DNA from: Myxococcota bacterium | GTDB taxonomy: Bacteria; Myxococcota_A; UBA796; SXON01 | Direction: 5' to 3' | Length of the DNA: 64,000 bases | Assembly: GCA_040386535.1 (NCBI GenBank) | Contig: JAZKFH010000027.1 | Coordinates: 228,064-292,063 of the forward strand | Shown: one piece after another, positions 21,154 through 33,302 of the stretch | How positions within the stretch are numbered: position 1 is the stretch's first letter | How the letters are laid out: each line of letters begins with the position of its first letter | Position numbers and translations under genes: made by a program | The notes under the pieces: generated by a model | Database searches by the model: none | Told to the model about the DNA's origin: nothing | Seen by the model: the letters and a program-made list of their open reading frames with translations, nothing else

Positions 21154-23424
21154 TCAGATCCGCTCGATCCGCACCACCGCGTTGTAGTCCGGCTCCTCCG
21201 AGCGCGGATCGATGCGGCGGCCGATGAGCACGTTGCACTCGGGCCAATAGGCCTGGAGGATGCCCGTGCGGATGTCGGCGCGGCGGAGCGTCACGTCCAT
21301 CTTGCCGATCTCGCTCGTGACGCGGGCGCGGGCGCCGTCGGCCAGGCCGAGCTTCATCAGGTCGGCTTCGCTGATGAGGATGTCGTCCCGCGCGCGGCCG
21401 CCCTGGAGCGGGTCGTGGTCCTTGATGACGATGCTGTTGAACTGCTTGCCGCGGCGCGTCGTGAGGTAGTAGGCGCCCTCGGGCACCTCGATACGTTTTG
21501 GTTCGAGCAGGGTGAACCGGGCCTTCTCGTCGGGCATCCCCGCGAACTTGCCGCCGACGCACAGCTGTGCGCCGCCCCACTGCACCCAGTCGCCCGCCTT
21601 CTCCAGCTTGTCGATGCCGGCGTAGAGCGGCACCGTGGCGGCGATCTCCTTCCGGATCACGCTCGCGTCGGCATAGGTGAGCTGCTCGGCGGTGCCGGGG
21701 AAGGCCGCCATGACCACCTGACAGGGGATCTCGTACTCGGGCCGGCTCTCGCCCACCTGGGGGTGCCCGGGGATCTCGGGCGAGAAGCGGATGCGGCGCT
21801 CGGTGTTGGTCGACGTGCCGCCGCCGCGCTGCTCGTAGCGGGTCTGCGCGGGCAGCACGAGCACGGTGTCGGCGCCTTCGAGCACGGTCGACGTGTTGAA
21901 CACGATGTCCTGGTGGATGCGGAACTTGACCTTGGCGTAGGCGTCGGCGACCCACACCGGATCGGGCAGGACGGCGAACAGGTTGCCGCCCACGTTGTAC
22001 AGAAAGTCGATGCCGCCCTCGCCCATGCGCTCGACCATGCGCATCGTCGTGAGCCCCTTGGTGCGCGGCAGCGGATGTTGCCAGTGCTGCTCGAAGCGCT
22101 GGAGGTTCTCCTCGGTGAGCGGGATCCCGCCGGGGAGGATGCCAGGGGCCACGCCGCACTCGCCGCCGCCCTGCACGCCCGAGTGGCCGCGGATGGGGAG
22201 GATGCCGGTCTTCTCGCGGCCGATCATGCCGCGCGACAGGTGCAGGTTGACGATGGCCTCGACGTTCTCGGTGCCGAACGTGTGTTGGGTCAGGCCCATC
22301 GAGTAGATCGTGACGCACGTCCGCGCGCGGCCGTAGAGCTCCGCGAGCCACTCGATGCGCGGCTTGTCGACGCCGGAGTCGCGCACGATGTCGTCCCACG
22401 CCATCGCGGTGACGTGGGCTTCCAGATCGGCCCAACCCGTCGTGTGCGCGTCGACGTAGGCGCGGTCGACGCCGCCGGTCTCGATCAGCGACTTGAGCAC
22501 GCCGTTGAGCAGCGCGATGTCGCCGCCGACCTGCACGGGCACGAAGTCGTCCATGAGCGTGGTGCCGAACAGCGCGCTCTTCGGCATGGACGGCACCCAG
22601 TAGGACTCGAGGCCCTTCTCGCGCACCGGGTTGATGACGACGATGCGGGTGCCCTGCGCCTTGGCGTGCGCGAGGTACTTCATCGTGACCGGCTGGTTGT
22701 TGGCGATGTCCGTGCCCCAGAGCAGGAGCAGGTCGGTGCCGATCAGATCCTTGAGCGAGCAGGTGGGCGCGCCGACGCCGATCGTGGCCTTGAGGCCCGA
22801 CACCGTGGCCTGATGGCACAGCCGCGCGCACAGGTCGACGTTGTTGGTGCCCGCGAGCCGCGCGGCCTTGGTGAACGCGTAGTAGACCTCGTTCGTGATG
22901 CCGCGCGAGGTGGCGAACCACGCCTGGCGCTCGGGCGCCGTTTCGCGGAGGGCGGCGCCGGCCATCGCGAGCGCGTCGTCCCACGAGATGCGTCGGAAGC
23001 CGCGATCGTTCTTGCGGTACACGAGCGGGTAGGGGATGCGCCCGAGCGCCTGGAGCTGGCGGTTGTCCATGCGGCGGAGGTGGTGGATGTCCGCCACGTC
23101 CGCCGGGACGAACGCCGGCATCGTGTTGAGCCGGAGCAGCTTCAGGCGGGTGGTGCAGAGGTGCGTGCCCTCGATGACGTCGTCCTTCAGCCCGCGGGGG
23201 CCCAAGGAGCAGCCGTCACACACGCCCTTGTTCAGGATGCGCCATGCGTACGGGAGGCTGTCCCGGTTCTCCCACAACACCTCCGCCATCTCGAGCATGT
23301 GGTGCGGCTTCTGCCGGCCCAGGCCGAACGGGGCGAGGGAGGCGATCCGGTCGGTGCCGCGCACCGGCTCTCGGGAGCTCGGCGAGGAGCTCGGAGGGGA
23401 GGATGAAGGAGGGTTCACGCTCAT
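21154..23424 (-). CDS. FdhF/YdeP family molybdopterin oxidoreductase
   Basis: GVCDGCSLG, TNNVDLCARLCH, MGLTQH, PIRGHSGVQG, LTTRRGKQFNS; adjacent to fdhD. Confidence 0.9.
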   Translation of the reverse strand: MSVNPPSSSPPSSSPSSREPVRGTDRIASLAPFGLGRQKPHHMLEMAEVLWENRDSLPYAWRILNKGVCDGCSLGPRGLKDDVIEGTHLCTTRLKLLRLNTMPAFVPADVADIHHLRRMDNRQLQALGRIPYPLVYRKNDRGFRRISWDDALAMAGAALRETAPERQAWFATSRGITNEVYYAFTKAARLAGTNNVDLCARLCHQATVSGLKATIGVGAPTCSLKDLIGTDLLLLWGTDIANNQPVTMKYLAHAKAQGTRIVVINPVREKGLESYWVPSMPKSALFGTTLMDDFVPVQVGGDIALLNGVLKSLIETGGVDRAYVDAHTTGWADLEAHVTAMAWDDIVRDSGVDKPRIEWLAELYGRARTCVTIYSMGLTQHTFGTENVEAIVNLHLSRGMIGREKTGILPIRGHSGVQGGGECGVAPGILPGGIPLTEENLQRFEQHWQHPLPRTKGLTTMRMVERMGEGGIDFLYNVGGNLFAVLPDPVWVADAYAKVKFRIHQDIVFNTSTVLEGADTVLVLPAQTRYEQRGGGTSTNTERRIRFSPEIPGHPQVGESRPEYEIPCQVVMAAFPGTAEQLTYADASVIRKEIAATVPLYAGIDKLEKAGDWVQWGGAQLCVGGKFAGMPDEKARFTLLEPKRIEVPEGAYYLTTRRGKQFNSIVIKDHDPLQGGRARDDILISEADLMKLGLADGARARVTSEIGKMDVTLRRADIRTGILQAYWPECNVLIGRRIDPRSEEPDYNAVVRIERI

Positions 23425-23532
23425 TTCACGCCCCTAATTCGCCCGGCGTGCAGCTGTGGAGGGGCGTCGCGGCGCAGGGTTGCCCTTTCCGGTCGTGGAA
23501 CCCGCGCTTACCGTCCCGCTCGCGAGCCTCAC

Positions 23533-25869
<2,337 letters not shown>

Positions 25870-25912
25870 GCGCTACGAACCTGCGACGATCACGGGGCTC
25901 TGCCGACGCGGG

Positions 25913-26164
25913 CTAGAGAGCCGTGTCGTCGCTCGTTGCTTCGGAGCAGCCGGTGCCGTTCGCGTCGTCCTCGGCCTGGAGCTGGGTGAGGCTGGACTCG
26001 CACGCGTCCTGCAGCTCGGGATCGGTGCCGTCGTTCTCGGTGCGGCACTGGTCACAGTCGTAGGCAGCCTCGCCTTCGTGGCACTCGCAGACGTAGTCGC
26101 AGTAGTCCACGCAGGGGTCGCCGAAGTCGACGCCGAAACAAGCGGAGAGGAGGAGGAGCAGCAT
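25913..26164 (-). CDS. Small Cys-rich lipoprotein (83 aa)
   Basis: MLLLLLSAC; PCVDYCDYVCECH...CDQC...C. Confidence 0.7.
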   Translation of the reverse strand: MLLLLLSACFGVDFGDPCVDYCDYVCECHEGEAAYDCDQCRTENDGTDPELQDACESSLTQLQAEDDANGTGCSEATSDDTAL

Positions 26165-26184
26165 GGCGGGTTAGTAACGCCCGG

Positions 26185-26946
26185 ATGCATCCCTCGCTGT
26201 CCGATCGTGTGGTGGTGGTCACGGGCGCCACGAGCGGGATCGGCCGCGCGACGGCCCTCCGCTTCGCGAAGGCGGGCGCGAAGGTCGTGGCGACCGGACG
26301 GGATCAGCGGCGGCTCGCCGAGATCGCGCCCGAGGTCGACTGCACGCTCACGCTCGACGTGACCGACCCGGAAGGTGTCGCGATCTTCGCCGCGGCGGTG
26401 GTCGATCGGTACGGCGGGGCCGACGTCCTCGTGAACAACGCGGGCATCGGGCTCTTCGAAGGGTGGGAGACGACGGAGGACGCGGCGCTTCGCCGCGTGA
26501 TGGACGTGAACCTGCACGGTGCCGTGGCCGTCGCGCGGGCCCTGCTCCCGTCCCTGATCGCGCGAAAGGGCGTGCTGGTGCAGGTCGCGAGCGTGGCGGG
26601 CAAGCGCGGCTACGCGAAACACACCGCCTACTGCGCCGCCAAACACGCGCTCGTGGGCTGGTCCGAGGCGCTGCGGCACGATCTGCGCGGCACCGGCTGC
26701 GACGTGGTCGTCGTGTGCCCGCCCGCCGTGCGCACCCCGTTCTTCGAGAACGCCGGCTACCTCACCTTCGACGAGGACCACCCCAACCTCGTGCCGATGA
26801 CGGCGGACGCGGTCGCCGCCGGCATCGTGGACGCCGCGGCGACGCGCCCCCGGACCGTCATCCTCTCGCCGCGAGCGCGCGCGCTCTACGCGCTCTCGGT
26901 GGTGGCGCCGGCCCTGCTGGAGCGGATCCAGGGGCTCAAGCGGTAG
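26185..26946 (+). CDS. Short-chain dehydrogenase/reductase
   Basis: TGATSGIG, LVNNAGIG, YCAAK. Confidence 0.9.
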   Translation: MHPSLSDRVVVVTGATSGIGRATALRFAKAGAKVVATGRDQRRLAEIAPEVDCTLTLDVTDPEGVAIFAAAVVDRYGGADVLVNNAGIGLFEGWETTEDAALRRVMDVNLHGAVAVARALLPSLIARKGVLVQVASVAGKRGYAKHTAYCAAKHALVGWSEALRHDLRGTGCDVVVVCPPAVRTPFFENAGYLTFDEDHPNLVPMTADAVAAGIVDAAATRPRTVILSPRARALYALSVVAPALLERIQGLKR

Positions 26947-29134
26947 GGGACCTGCGGCGGACCACGGCGCCGAGCGCGAGCAGGCCGAGCGCGAGGCCCG
27001 CGGCGGGCGACGTGGTCGAACAGCCGCAGCCGTCCTTGACCTTGTCCTGGCCCGAACCGCCGGTGTCCTCGACGACCGGCTCCCCGGTGTCCCCCGTGTC
27101 GCAATCCGTGACCGACGGGTCTGTGTCGTCGCAGTCCTCGTCCGCCACGAGGCCGTCCCCGTCCTGGTCGGTGTCGTTGCCGTCACAGTCCTGGTCGATG
27201 CCGTCGTACCAGACCTCGGTCGCGTCGGGGTTCACCGCGGAGTTGGCGTCGTCACAGTCCTCGTCCACCGCGGCGCCGTCGCCATCGACATCGTACTCGT
27301 CCGCGTCCACGCAGTCGGTGACCACGCCGTCGTAGGGCTCGTCGGGCGCGCCGGTGTACACCGCGGGGTCGGCGTCGTCGCAGTCGGTGCCGCCGTGGCT
27401 CGCGGAGTCCTGGCCGTCCACGTCCTGGTCGAAGTCGGAGTTGGCGGCGCAGTCGGCGTCCACGCCGTCGTACCAGGCGTCGGGCGCGCCGGGGAACGTG
27501 CTGGCGAGCACATCGTCGCAGTCCGTGCCGGCCGGGTGGCCGTCGCCGTCCTGGTCGTCGTCGTTGCCGTCACAATCCTGGTCGACCGCGTCGTACCAGA
27601 CCTCGGGCGCGTCGGGACGCACGTCCGCCGAGGTGTCGTCGCAGTCGAGCGCGTCGTCGGTGTAGCCGTCGGGCTGGGTGCACGCGCGGGTCGTGTCGCC
27701 GGCCGAGCCCCAGCCGTCCGTGTCGGCGTCGAGGTACCACGTCAGGGCGTCGGCGGCGTCGGCCTCGTCGACCGTGCCGTCGCAGTCGTCGTCGACCGTG
27801 TTGCACGACTCCACGCCGCCCGGCAAGATGGCGGCGTTCGCGTCGTTGCAGTCCTCGCACGCGGTCACGCCGTCGCCGTCGTTGTCCTCGGTGCCGGCCG
27901 AGCCGTCGCAGTTGTAGTCGACCGCCTCGTCGCAGACCTCGCGGGCGCCGGGGTTGTAGCGGTTGTCGCCGTCGTCGCAGTCGCCGGGGACCGCGGTGTA
28001 GCCCGAGGGCACAGCGCACCGCGCCACCGTCGCGTCGCCGCCGTAGCCGTCCCGGTCGGCGTCCGCATAGAACGTCGAGGTCCCGGTGACACCGCTGTCG
28101 GCGTCGTCCGCGCGCGTGTCGCAGTCCTCGTCCAGATCGAGGGCGTCGCACACCTCGGCCGCGTCGGGGTTGACGCCGCCCCGGGTATCGTCGCAGTCGC
28201 CGCCGTCGACGACGTAGCCGGCGGGTGCCGAGCATTCGTGCAAGGAGACGGACTCGTCCCCGTACCCGTCCGCGTCGGCGTCACGGTAGAACAGCTCCAC
28301 GTCGACCGAGTCCGGGCCGTCGATCGCGCCGTCGCAATCCTGGTCGATCCCGTCGCACACCTCGAACGTGTCCGGGCGGATGTCGAAGTTGGTGTCGTCA
28401 CAGTCGCCCGCCACGGTCAGGTGGCCCGCGAGCGCGCTGCAGCTGCGCGTCATCGCGTCGTCGTCGCCGTAGCCGTCTCCGTCGTCATCGGGCCAGTACG
28501 CGGTGCCGTCGGTCGGGCTCTCGTCGACCGTGCCGTCGCAGTCCTCGTCCACGCCGTCGCACGTCTCCGCCGCGCCGGGAAACACGCCGCGGTCGTCATC
28601 GTCGCAGTCGGCCCCGGTGCCGTCGTCACACGCTTCGACGCCGTCCCCGTCGAGGTCGTCACAGCCGTCGTCCACCGTGAGCGTGAGGTTCGACGCGAGC
28701 GCCCACGCGTCTCCCGAGTCGCTCCGGTTGTTGTTCACCGCGTTGCCGGCGCCGCGCAGGGTGTAGGTGCCCTCGGCCGTGGGCGCGGTCCACGCGAAGT
28801 TGAAGGTGACCGATCCCGCGGACATCGAGGTCGTGGCCGAGTGGGTGACCTCGCTCGCGGCCACCCGCGTGTTGGAGCCCGCGCGGAGCGTGCCGCCGGA
28901 CACCGACACGTCGAGGCCGGCCCCCGTGTAGGACGCGCCCGAGTTCGCGACGACCATCGTGAGCGTGATGGCCTCGCCCGGGGCGACCACCGTGTCGGAC
29001 GCCGCCAGCGTGGCGGTCGTGGAGGCGGAGGCGGTGGCGCCGTGGCACGCGCCGCACCCGGTGGTGGAGCTGCCGGTCTTTCCGGCGCTGGAGGCGAACG
29101 CCGGGGAGGTCGCGAGGAGGAGGAGCAGGCTCAT
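26936..29134 (-). CDS. Surface protein: N-terminal Reeler/choice-of-anchor-V-like domain with CxxCH, many MopE-like repeats, MYXO-CTERM tail
   Basis: GCGACHG, FNFAWTAP...GAGNAVN; more than 10 DCDD...DCDG units; GCGCSTT-TM helix-RRR. Confidence 0.85.
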   Translation of the reverse strand: MSLLLLLATSPAFASSAGKTGSSTTGCGACHGATASASTTATLAASDTVVAPGEAITLTMVVANSGASYTGAGLDVSVSGGTLRAGSNTRVAASEVTHSATTSMSAGSVTFNFAWTAPTAEGTYTLRGAGNAVNNNRSDSGDAWALASNLTLTVDDGCDDLDGDGVEACDDGTGADCDDDDRGVFPGAAETCDGVDEDCDGTVDESPTDGTAYWPDDDGDGYGDDDAMTRSCSALAGHLTVAGDCDDTNFDIRPDTFEVCDGIDQDCDGAIDGPDSVDVELFYRDADADGYGDESVSLHECSAPAGYVVDGGDCDDTRGGVNPDAAEVCDALDLDEDCDTRADDADSGVTGTSTFYADADRDGYGGDATVARCAVPSGYTAVPGDCDDGDNRYNPGAREVCDEAVDYNCDGSAGTEDNDGDGVTACEDCNDANAAILPGGVESCNTVDDDCDGTVDEADAADALTWYLDADTDGWGSAGDTTRACTQPDGYTDDALDCDDTSADVRPDAPEVWYDAVDQDCDGNDDDQDGDGHPAGTDCDDVLASTFPGAPDAWYDGVDADCAANSDFDQDVDGQDSASHGGTDCDDADPAVYTGAPDEPYDGVVTDCVDADEYDVDGDGAAVDEDCDDANSAVNPDATEVWYDGIDQDCDGNDTDQDGDGLVADEDCDDTDPSVTDCDTGDTGEPVVEDTGGSGQDKVKDGCGCSTTSPAAGLALGLLALGAVVRRRSPTA

Positions 29135-29166
29135 CCATGGCGATTACATCCGCCGAGGCTACCCCG

Positions 29167-29976
29167 TCAATCGATGTCTTCGTCCAGCGTGCCGCGGCCG
29201 CCCGCGATGAACTCGCGGACGTAGCGGATGTCGGCCTTCTCTGTCTCCTCCGCCGTGCCGGTGAACGCGATGCGCTTGTTGTAGAGCATCGCGATGCGGT
29301 CGCTCACGGTGAAGCAGGAGTCCATGTCGTGGGTCACGACGATGCTGGTCACGCCGAGGCGCTTCTGGAGCGACAGGATGAGGCCGTTGATGCGCCGCAC
29401 GTTGATGGGATCGAGCCCGGTGGTGGGCTCGTCGTAGAGGATGACCTCGGGCTTGATCGCGATGGCGCGGGCGAGGCCCACACGCTTGCGCATGCCGCCG
29501 GAGAGCGCCGCCGGCTTGAGCAGCTCGGTGCCGGGGAGCCCGACCATGTCGAGCACCTCCTCCACGCGCTGGTCCATCTCCTTCTCGGTGCCCCAGTGGT
29601 GCTCGCGCAGGGGGTACTTGATGTTCTGCGCCACGGTCAGCGAGTCGAACAGGGCGCCGCTCTGGAACAGGAACCCGAACCGCCTGCGGATGGGCCCCAT
29701 GCCGCGCTCGTCGAGCTTCGTGACCTCCTGGCCGAACGCCTGGATGCTCCCCGCGTCGGTCGAGAGCAGGCCCGTGAGCATCTTGAGGAGTACGCTCTTG
29801 CCAGTGCCCGAGCCGCCGATGATCGTGAGGGTCTCCCCCGGGTACACGTCGAGCGTGCAGTCCTCGTAGATGACCTTGGGGCCGAACGCCTTCTTCACGC
29901 CGACAAAACGGATGATCGGCTCGGCCGCGACGGGCTCGGGGAGGCCATCCTGGGGGAGAACGGTGGGTTCAGCCAT
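29167..29976 (-). CDS. mlaF: MlaF-like ABC ATPase (lipid asymmetry/MCE system)
   Basis: GGSGTGKSVLLK, FQSGALFDSLTV, LSGGMRKRVGLARA, YDEPTTGLDP. Confidence 0.9.
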   Translation of the reverse strand: MAEPTVLPQDGLPEPVAAEPIIRFVGVKKAFGPKVIYEDCTLDVYPGETLTIIGGSGTGKSVLLKMLTGLLSTDAGSIQAFGQEVTKLDERGMGPIRRRFGFLFQSGALFDSLTVAQNIKYPLREHHWGTEKEMDQRVEEVLDMVGLPGTELLKPAALSGGMRKRVGLARAIAIKPEVILYDEPTTGLDPINVRRINGLILSLQKRLGVTSIVVTHDMDSCFTVSDRIAMLYNKRIAFTGTAEETEKADIRYVREFIAGGRGTLDEDID

Positions 29977-30727
29977 AAAGCGCCAGGAAGAGCTTGGTGA
30001 GGAAGAAGTTGGACACGAGCAGCCCGATGGCGCCGATGACGACGGCCTGGGTGGTCGAGTGGCCCACGCCCTCCGTGCCGCCGGTGGTGTTGAGCCCGAC
30101 GTAGCAGCCGACGATGCCGATGATGTACCCGAACGCGACGGACTTCATCAGGCCGTGCATCAGGTCGGAGATCCACAGGGTGTCGAGGATCTGGGCGTAG
30201 AAGAAGCTCGGGGTGATCCCGACCTCGCGCACGGTGATGATCATCGCGCCGCCGATGCCGACCACGTTCGCGAGCATCGTGAGCAGCGGGAGCACGAGCA
30301 CGCACGCGAACACGCGCGGGGCCACGAGCTTCTTGATGGGATCGGCGCCGAGGGCGCGGATCGCGTCGACCTGCTCGGTCACGACCATCGAGCCGAGCTC
30401 GGCGGCGAACCCGCTGCCGACGCGCCCGCCCACGAGCAGCGCGGTGAGCATGGGCCCGAGCTCGCGCACGATGCCGAGCGCGGCGAGCTTGCCGGTGTAC
30501 ATGCTCGCGCCGTAGGGCTCCAGGCCGGTCGAGAACTGGAGCGCGAGCACCATCCCCGTGAACACCGCGGTGAGCACGGTGATCGACCAGCTCTGGATGC
30601 CCGCAGTGTCGAACTGGTTGATGAGCGGCCGCAGCTCGATCGGGAGCCGCCAGAACGCGAAGAACGTGCTCCAGGTCAGCCGCGCCACGGCGCCCATGTG
30701 CCGGAGGAAGTTGACGAACCCTCTCAC
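29969..30727 (-). CDS. mlaE: MlaE-like ABC permease
   Basis: FTGMVLALQ, RELGPMLTALLVGGRVGSGFAAELGSM, EQVDAIRALG, GGTEGVGHSTT. Confidence 0.92.
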   Translation of the reverse strand: MRGFVNFLRHMGAVARLTWSTFFAFWRLPIELRPLINQFDTAGIQSWSITVLTAVFTGMVLALQFSTGLEPYGASMYTGKLAALGIVRELGPMLTALLVGGRVGSGFAAELGSMVVTEQVDAIRALGADPIKKLVAPRVFACVLVLPLLTMLANVVGIGGAMIITVREVGITPSFFYAQILDTLWISDLMHGLMKSVAFGYIIGIVGCYVGLNTTGGTEGVGHSTTQAVVIGAIGLLVSNFFLTKLFLALYG

Positions 30728-30737
30728 AGCAGCCTTT

Positions 30738-31223
30738 TCATAGGGGCGTGAACCCGGCGAGGATGCGCTCGTACGCGTCCCAGCCCAGCTCGAACGTGTC
30801 GGGGGGCGCGATGAGGGCGAGATCGTAGGTGCACGCGCCGCGGTTCATCACGCCGAGCGCGACCGTGATCGGCACCCCGTCGAGTCGGCCCGAGTGGACG
30901 CGCAACACACCTTCCCGCCCGCCGAACTCGCGCAGCTCGTCCCGCGTGGTGGTCACCTCGCGCATGCCGGCGGTGAGCTCGGTCGCGAGGTCCTCCGTGC
31001 GGGACTCGCTGTACCGCGGCCCGCAGTTGGAGTCCGTGTAGATCGCGGCCTTCAAGGCGCCGTTGTACCAGGCGCGGTCCGCGCCGCCCGCGTCGACCGC
31101 CTCCCAGCCCTCGCCCGGGGCGGGGAGGGTGTACCGGTTCTCGAGCCGCTTCGCGCGCACGTGGCTCGACGGCATGCAGGCCGAGAGGCCCACGAGCGCG
31201 AGGAGGAGCCACCCACGCTTCAT
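30738..31223 (-). CDS. Hypothetical lipoprotein in the mlaE/mlaF operon
   Basis: MKRGWLLLALVGLSAC lipobox; start overlaps the upstream ATPase stop (ATGA). Confidence 0.75.
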   Translation of the reverse strand: MKRGWLLLALVGLSACMPSSHVRAKRLENRYTLPAPGEGWEAVDAGGADRAWYNGALKAAIYTDSNCGPRYSESRTEDLATELTAGMREVTTTRDELREFGGREGVLRVHSGRLDGVPITVALGVMNRGACTYDLALIAPPDTFELGWDAYERILAGFTPL

Positions 31224-31933
31224 GCGGCCCCCGTCACGCGCAGGAACAGGTCCTCCAGCCGCTCGCCCGGCGCCACGATCTCCGCGACGGGCCCGAGCAC
31301 GGCGATGCGGCCCTTGTGCACGATGGCGAGGCGGTCGCACACCTCGGCGGCGTCCTCCATCGTGTGGGTGGAGAGGAACACGGTGCGGCCCTCCTTCGCG
31401 AGGTCCCGGAACACCTGCTTGATCTGGCGGGCGCCGCGCGGATCGAGGCCGACCATCGGCTCGTCCACGATGAGGAGGCGCGGCTCGGTGAGCAGGGCGC
31501 CCGCGAGCGTGAGGCGCTGCTTCATGCCGTGGGAGAAGCTCTCCACCAGGGCGTCCGCCTGGTCGATGAGGAGCTGCTCGGCGAGCCGGGCGTCGATCCG
31601 CTCCGAGAGGCCGTTGCGCGGCATGTCGTAGATCTCGCCGAGGAAGCGGAGGAATTCACGCGCCGTGAGCTTGTCGTACAGGTACGGGCGGTCGGGGATG
31701 AAGCTCATCCGCCGGCGGGCCTCGACCGGGTTGTCGGCGAGGGAGATGCCGTCGATCCAGATGTCGCCGCCGGTGGGGGGCAAGACGCCGCCGAGCATGC
31801 GGAGCGTGGTGGTCTTTCCCGCGCCGTTGAGGCCGAGGAACCCGAACACCTCGCCCGCTCGAACGTCGAGATCGAGCGGCCAGACCGCCTGGAAGGAGGC
31901 GTAGCGCTTCTCGATCTGGCGGGCGCGGATCAT
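31220..31933 (-). CDS. ABC-2-type exporter ATP-binding subunit
   Basis: GFLGLNGAGKTTT, FSHGMKQR, VDEPMVGLDP, LSTH. Confidence 0.92.
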   Translation of the reverse strand: MIRARQIEKRYASFQAVWPLDLDVRAGEVFGFLGLNGAGKTTTLRMLGGVLPPTGGDIWIDGISLADNPVEARRRMSFIPDRPYLYDKLTAREFLRFLGEIYDMPRNGLSERIDARLAEQLLIDQADALVESFSHGMKQRLTLAGALLTEPRLLIVDEPMVGLDPRGARQIKQVFRDLAKEGRTVFLSTHTMEDAAEVCDRLAIVHKGRIAVLGPVAEIVAPGERLEDLFLRVTGAA

Positions 31934-31966
31934 CCCGCAACCCTAACGCGGTCCGCGAGGCGGGGG

Positions 31967-33211
31967 TCAGCCCGAGACGTAGGCGTACACGAGGCACATC
32001 TCGTCGGCCGTGCCCTCGCCCGCATAGGTCGTCTCGGTGCGGCCCGTCGTGTCGTACACGCACGTGAGCCGCAGCTCCGAGTCCCCCGCGAGGGTCAGCG
32101 GCTCCTCGTAGAAGTACAGGCCCTGCCAGTGGAAGTCCCACACGGGAACGTCGACCAGGCATACCTCTTCCCCGTGGCTCGTGGCGCTGAAGACGAGGTT
32201 GGCGCCCGTCTCGTGCATGTGCGGCGCGAGGCCCCACACGCGGAAGTCCGAGCCGACGTCGAGGGTCTCCACGTGGTCCACCTGCACCGCGGGCTCGCCG
32301 GGCGGGAGCGCGATGTCGCTGGTGGCGACGCTCGAGAGCAGCGCAGGTGTCGCGACGGTGGGGGCGAGGGTGAGGTCGACACGCGTGCGATCGGGGGAGG
32401 TGCCGTTCTCGACGTTGTAGTGCACCTGGAGCACGAGACGGCGCCCGCCCGCGAGCGGCAGGCCGGTGCCCTCGGGGTACACGGTGGCGCCCGCGCCCGG
32501 GGCCCAGATCGCGACGGGCTCGGCGTACACGCCGGTGCCGCCGTAGCAGGTCCATCCTTCGCCGGCCTCGCCCGCGTCAAGCGCGACGGCGCTCGCGACG
32601 GCGGCGTCGTCGACGGGTTGGTACACGATCACGTGGTGCACCACCGAGGACTCGCCCGGGAGCACCTCGTAGCCGGTGAGGAACGTGTCGGTCGCGCTCG
32701 GCGCATCGGTCAGGAAGCAGCGGTAGGTGTCCTCCGCGGCCTCGGGGGGCGTGTAGTCGGCGCCGGGATCGATCGTGGCGTCGATCCGGGTCAGCGCGCG
32801 CGGGGCGGGCGCGTCGAAGGCCGCCCCGGCCGTGCCCTCGGGGGCCCCGCCGTCCGACCACGCCCGCAAGGTGGCGATCTCGAGATCGGTGAGGCTCCGA
32901 TCGTGCGCCCAGGTCTGGCAGTCGCCGCAGCTCGCCGGCAACCAGGGCGGCATGCGCCGGCTCTCCACCGCCGCGGCGATCGCGCCCGCCATCGGGGCCG
33001 CGTCCGCGTACGTGTCGAGCGGGAAGGGCGCGATGCCGCCGGCGCCGTGGCAGCTCGCGCAGCGGTCCGCGACGAGGGCGCCGACCTCGCCGGACCACGT
33101 GGGCGTGGTCGCGAGCGTGACGTCGTCCACGTCCGCGCACGTCGGCGCGTAGGTGAGCGGCGTGGGGGCGGGGCCGCAGGCCGCGAGGAGGGTCAGCATC
33201 AGGAAACGCAT
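31967..33211 (-). CDS. Lipoprotein: cytochrome c-like CxxCH domain fused to copper type II ascorbate-dependent monooxygenase-like domain
   Basis: MRFLMLTLLAAC; CASCH, RMPPW; YRCF, VVHHVI, LQVHY, PHMH, WDFHWQ, EMC. Confidence 0.8.
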   Translation of the reverse strand: MRFLMLTLLAACGPAPTPLTYAPTCADVDDVTLATTPTWSGEVGALVADRCASCHGAGGIAPFPLDTYADAAPMAGAIAAAVESRRMPPWLPASCGDCQTWAHDRSLTDLEIATLRAWSDGGAPEGTAGAAFDAPAPRALTRIDATIDPGADYTPPEAAEDTYRCFLTDAPSATDTFLTGYEVLPGESSVVHHVIVYQPVDDAAVASAVALDAGEAGEGWTCYGGTGVYAEPVAIWAPGAGATVYPEGTGLPLAGGRRLVLQVHYNVENGTSPDRTRVDLTLAPTVATPALLSSVATSDIALPPGEPAVQVDHVETLDVGSDFRVWGLAPHMHETGANLVFSATSHGEEVCLVDVPVWDFHWQGLYFYEEPLTLAGDSELRLTCVYDTTGRTETTYAGEGTADEMCLVYAYVSG

Positions 33212-33302
33212 GTCCATTTGAACCACGAACCCCGTCCGGTCAAAAAGGAAACTGGACGATGCGATGTAAGTCTCACGACGTGAGCGGGGTGGTATTCCAG
33301 GG

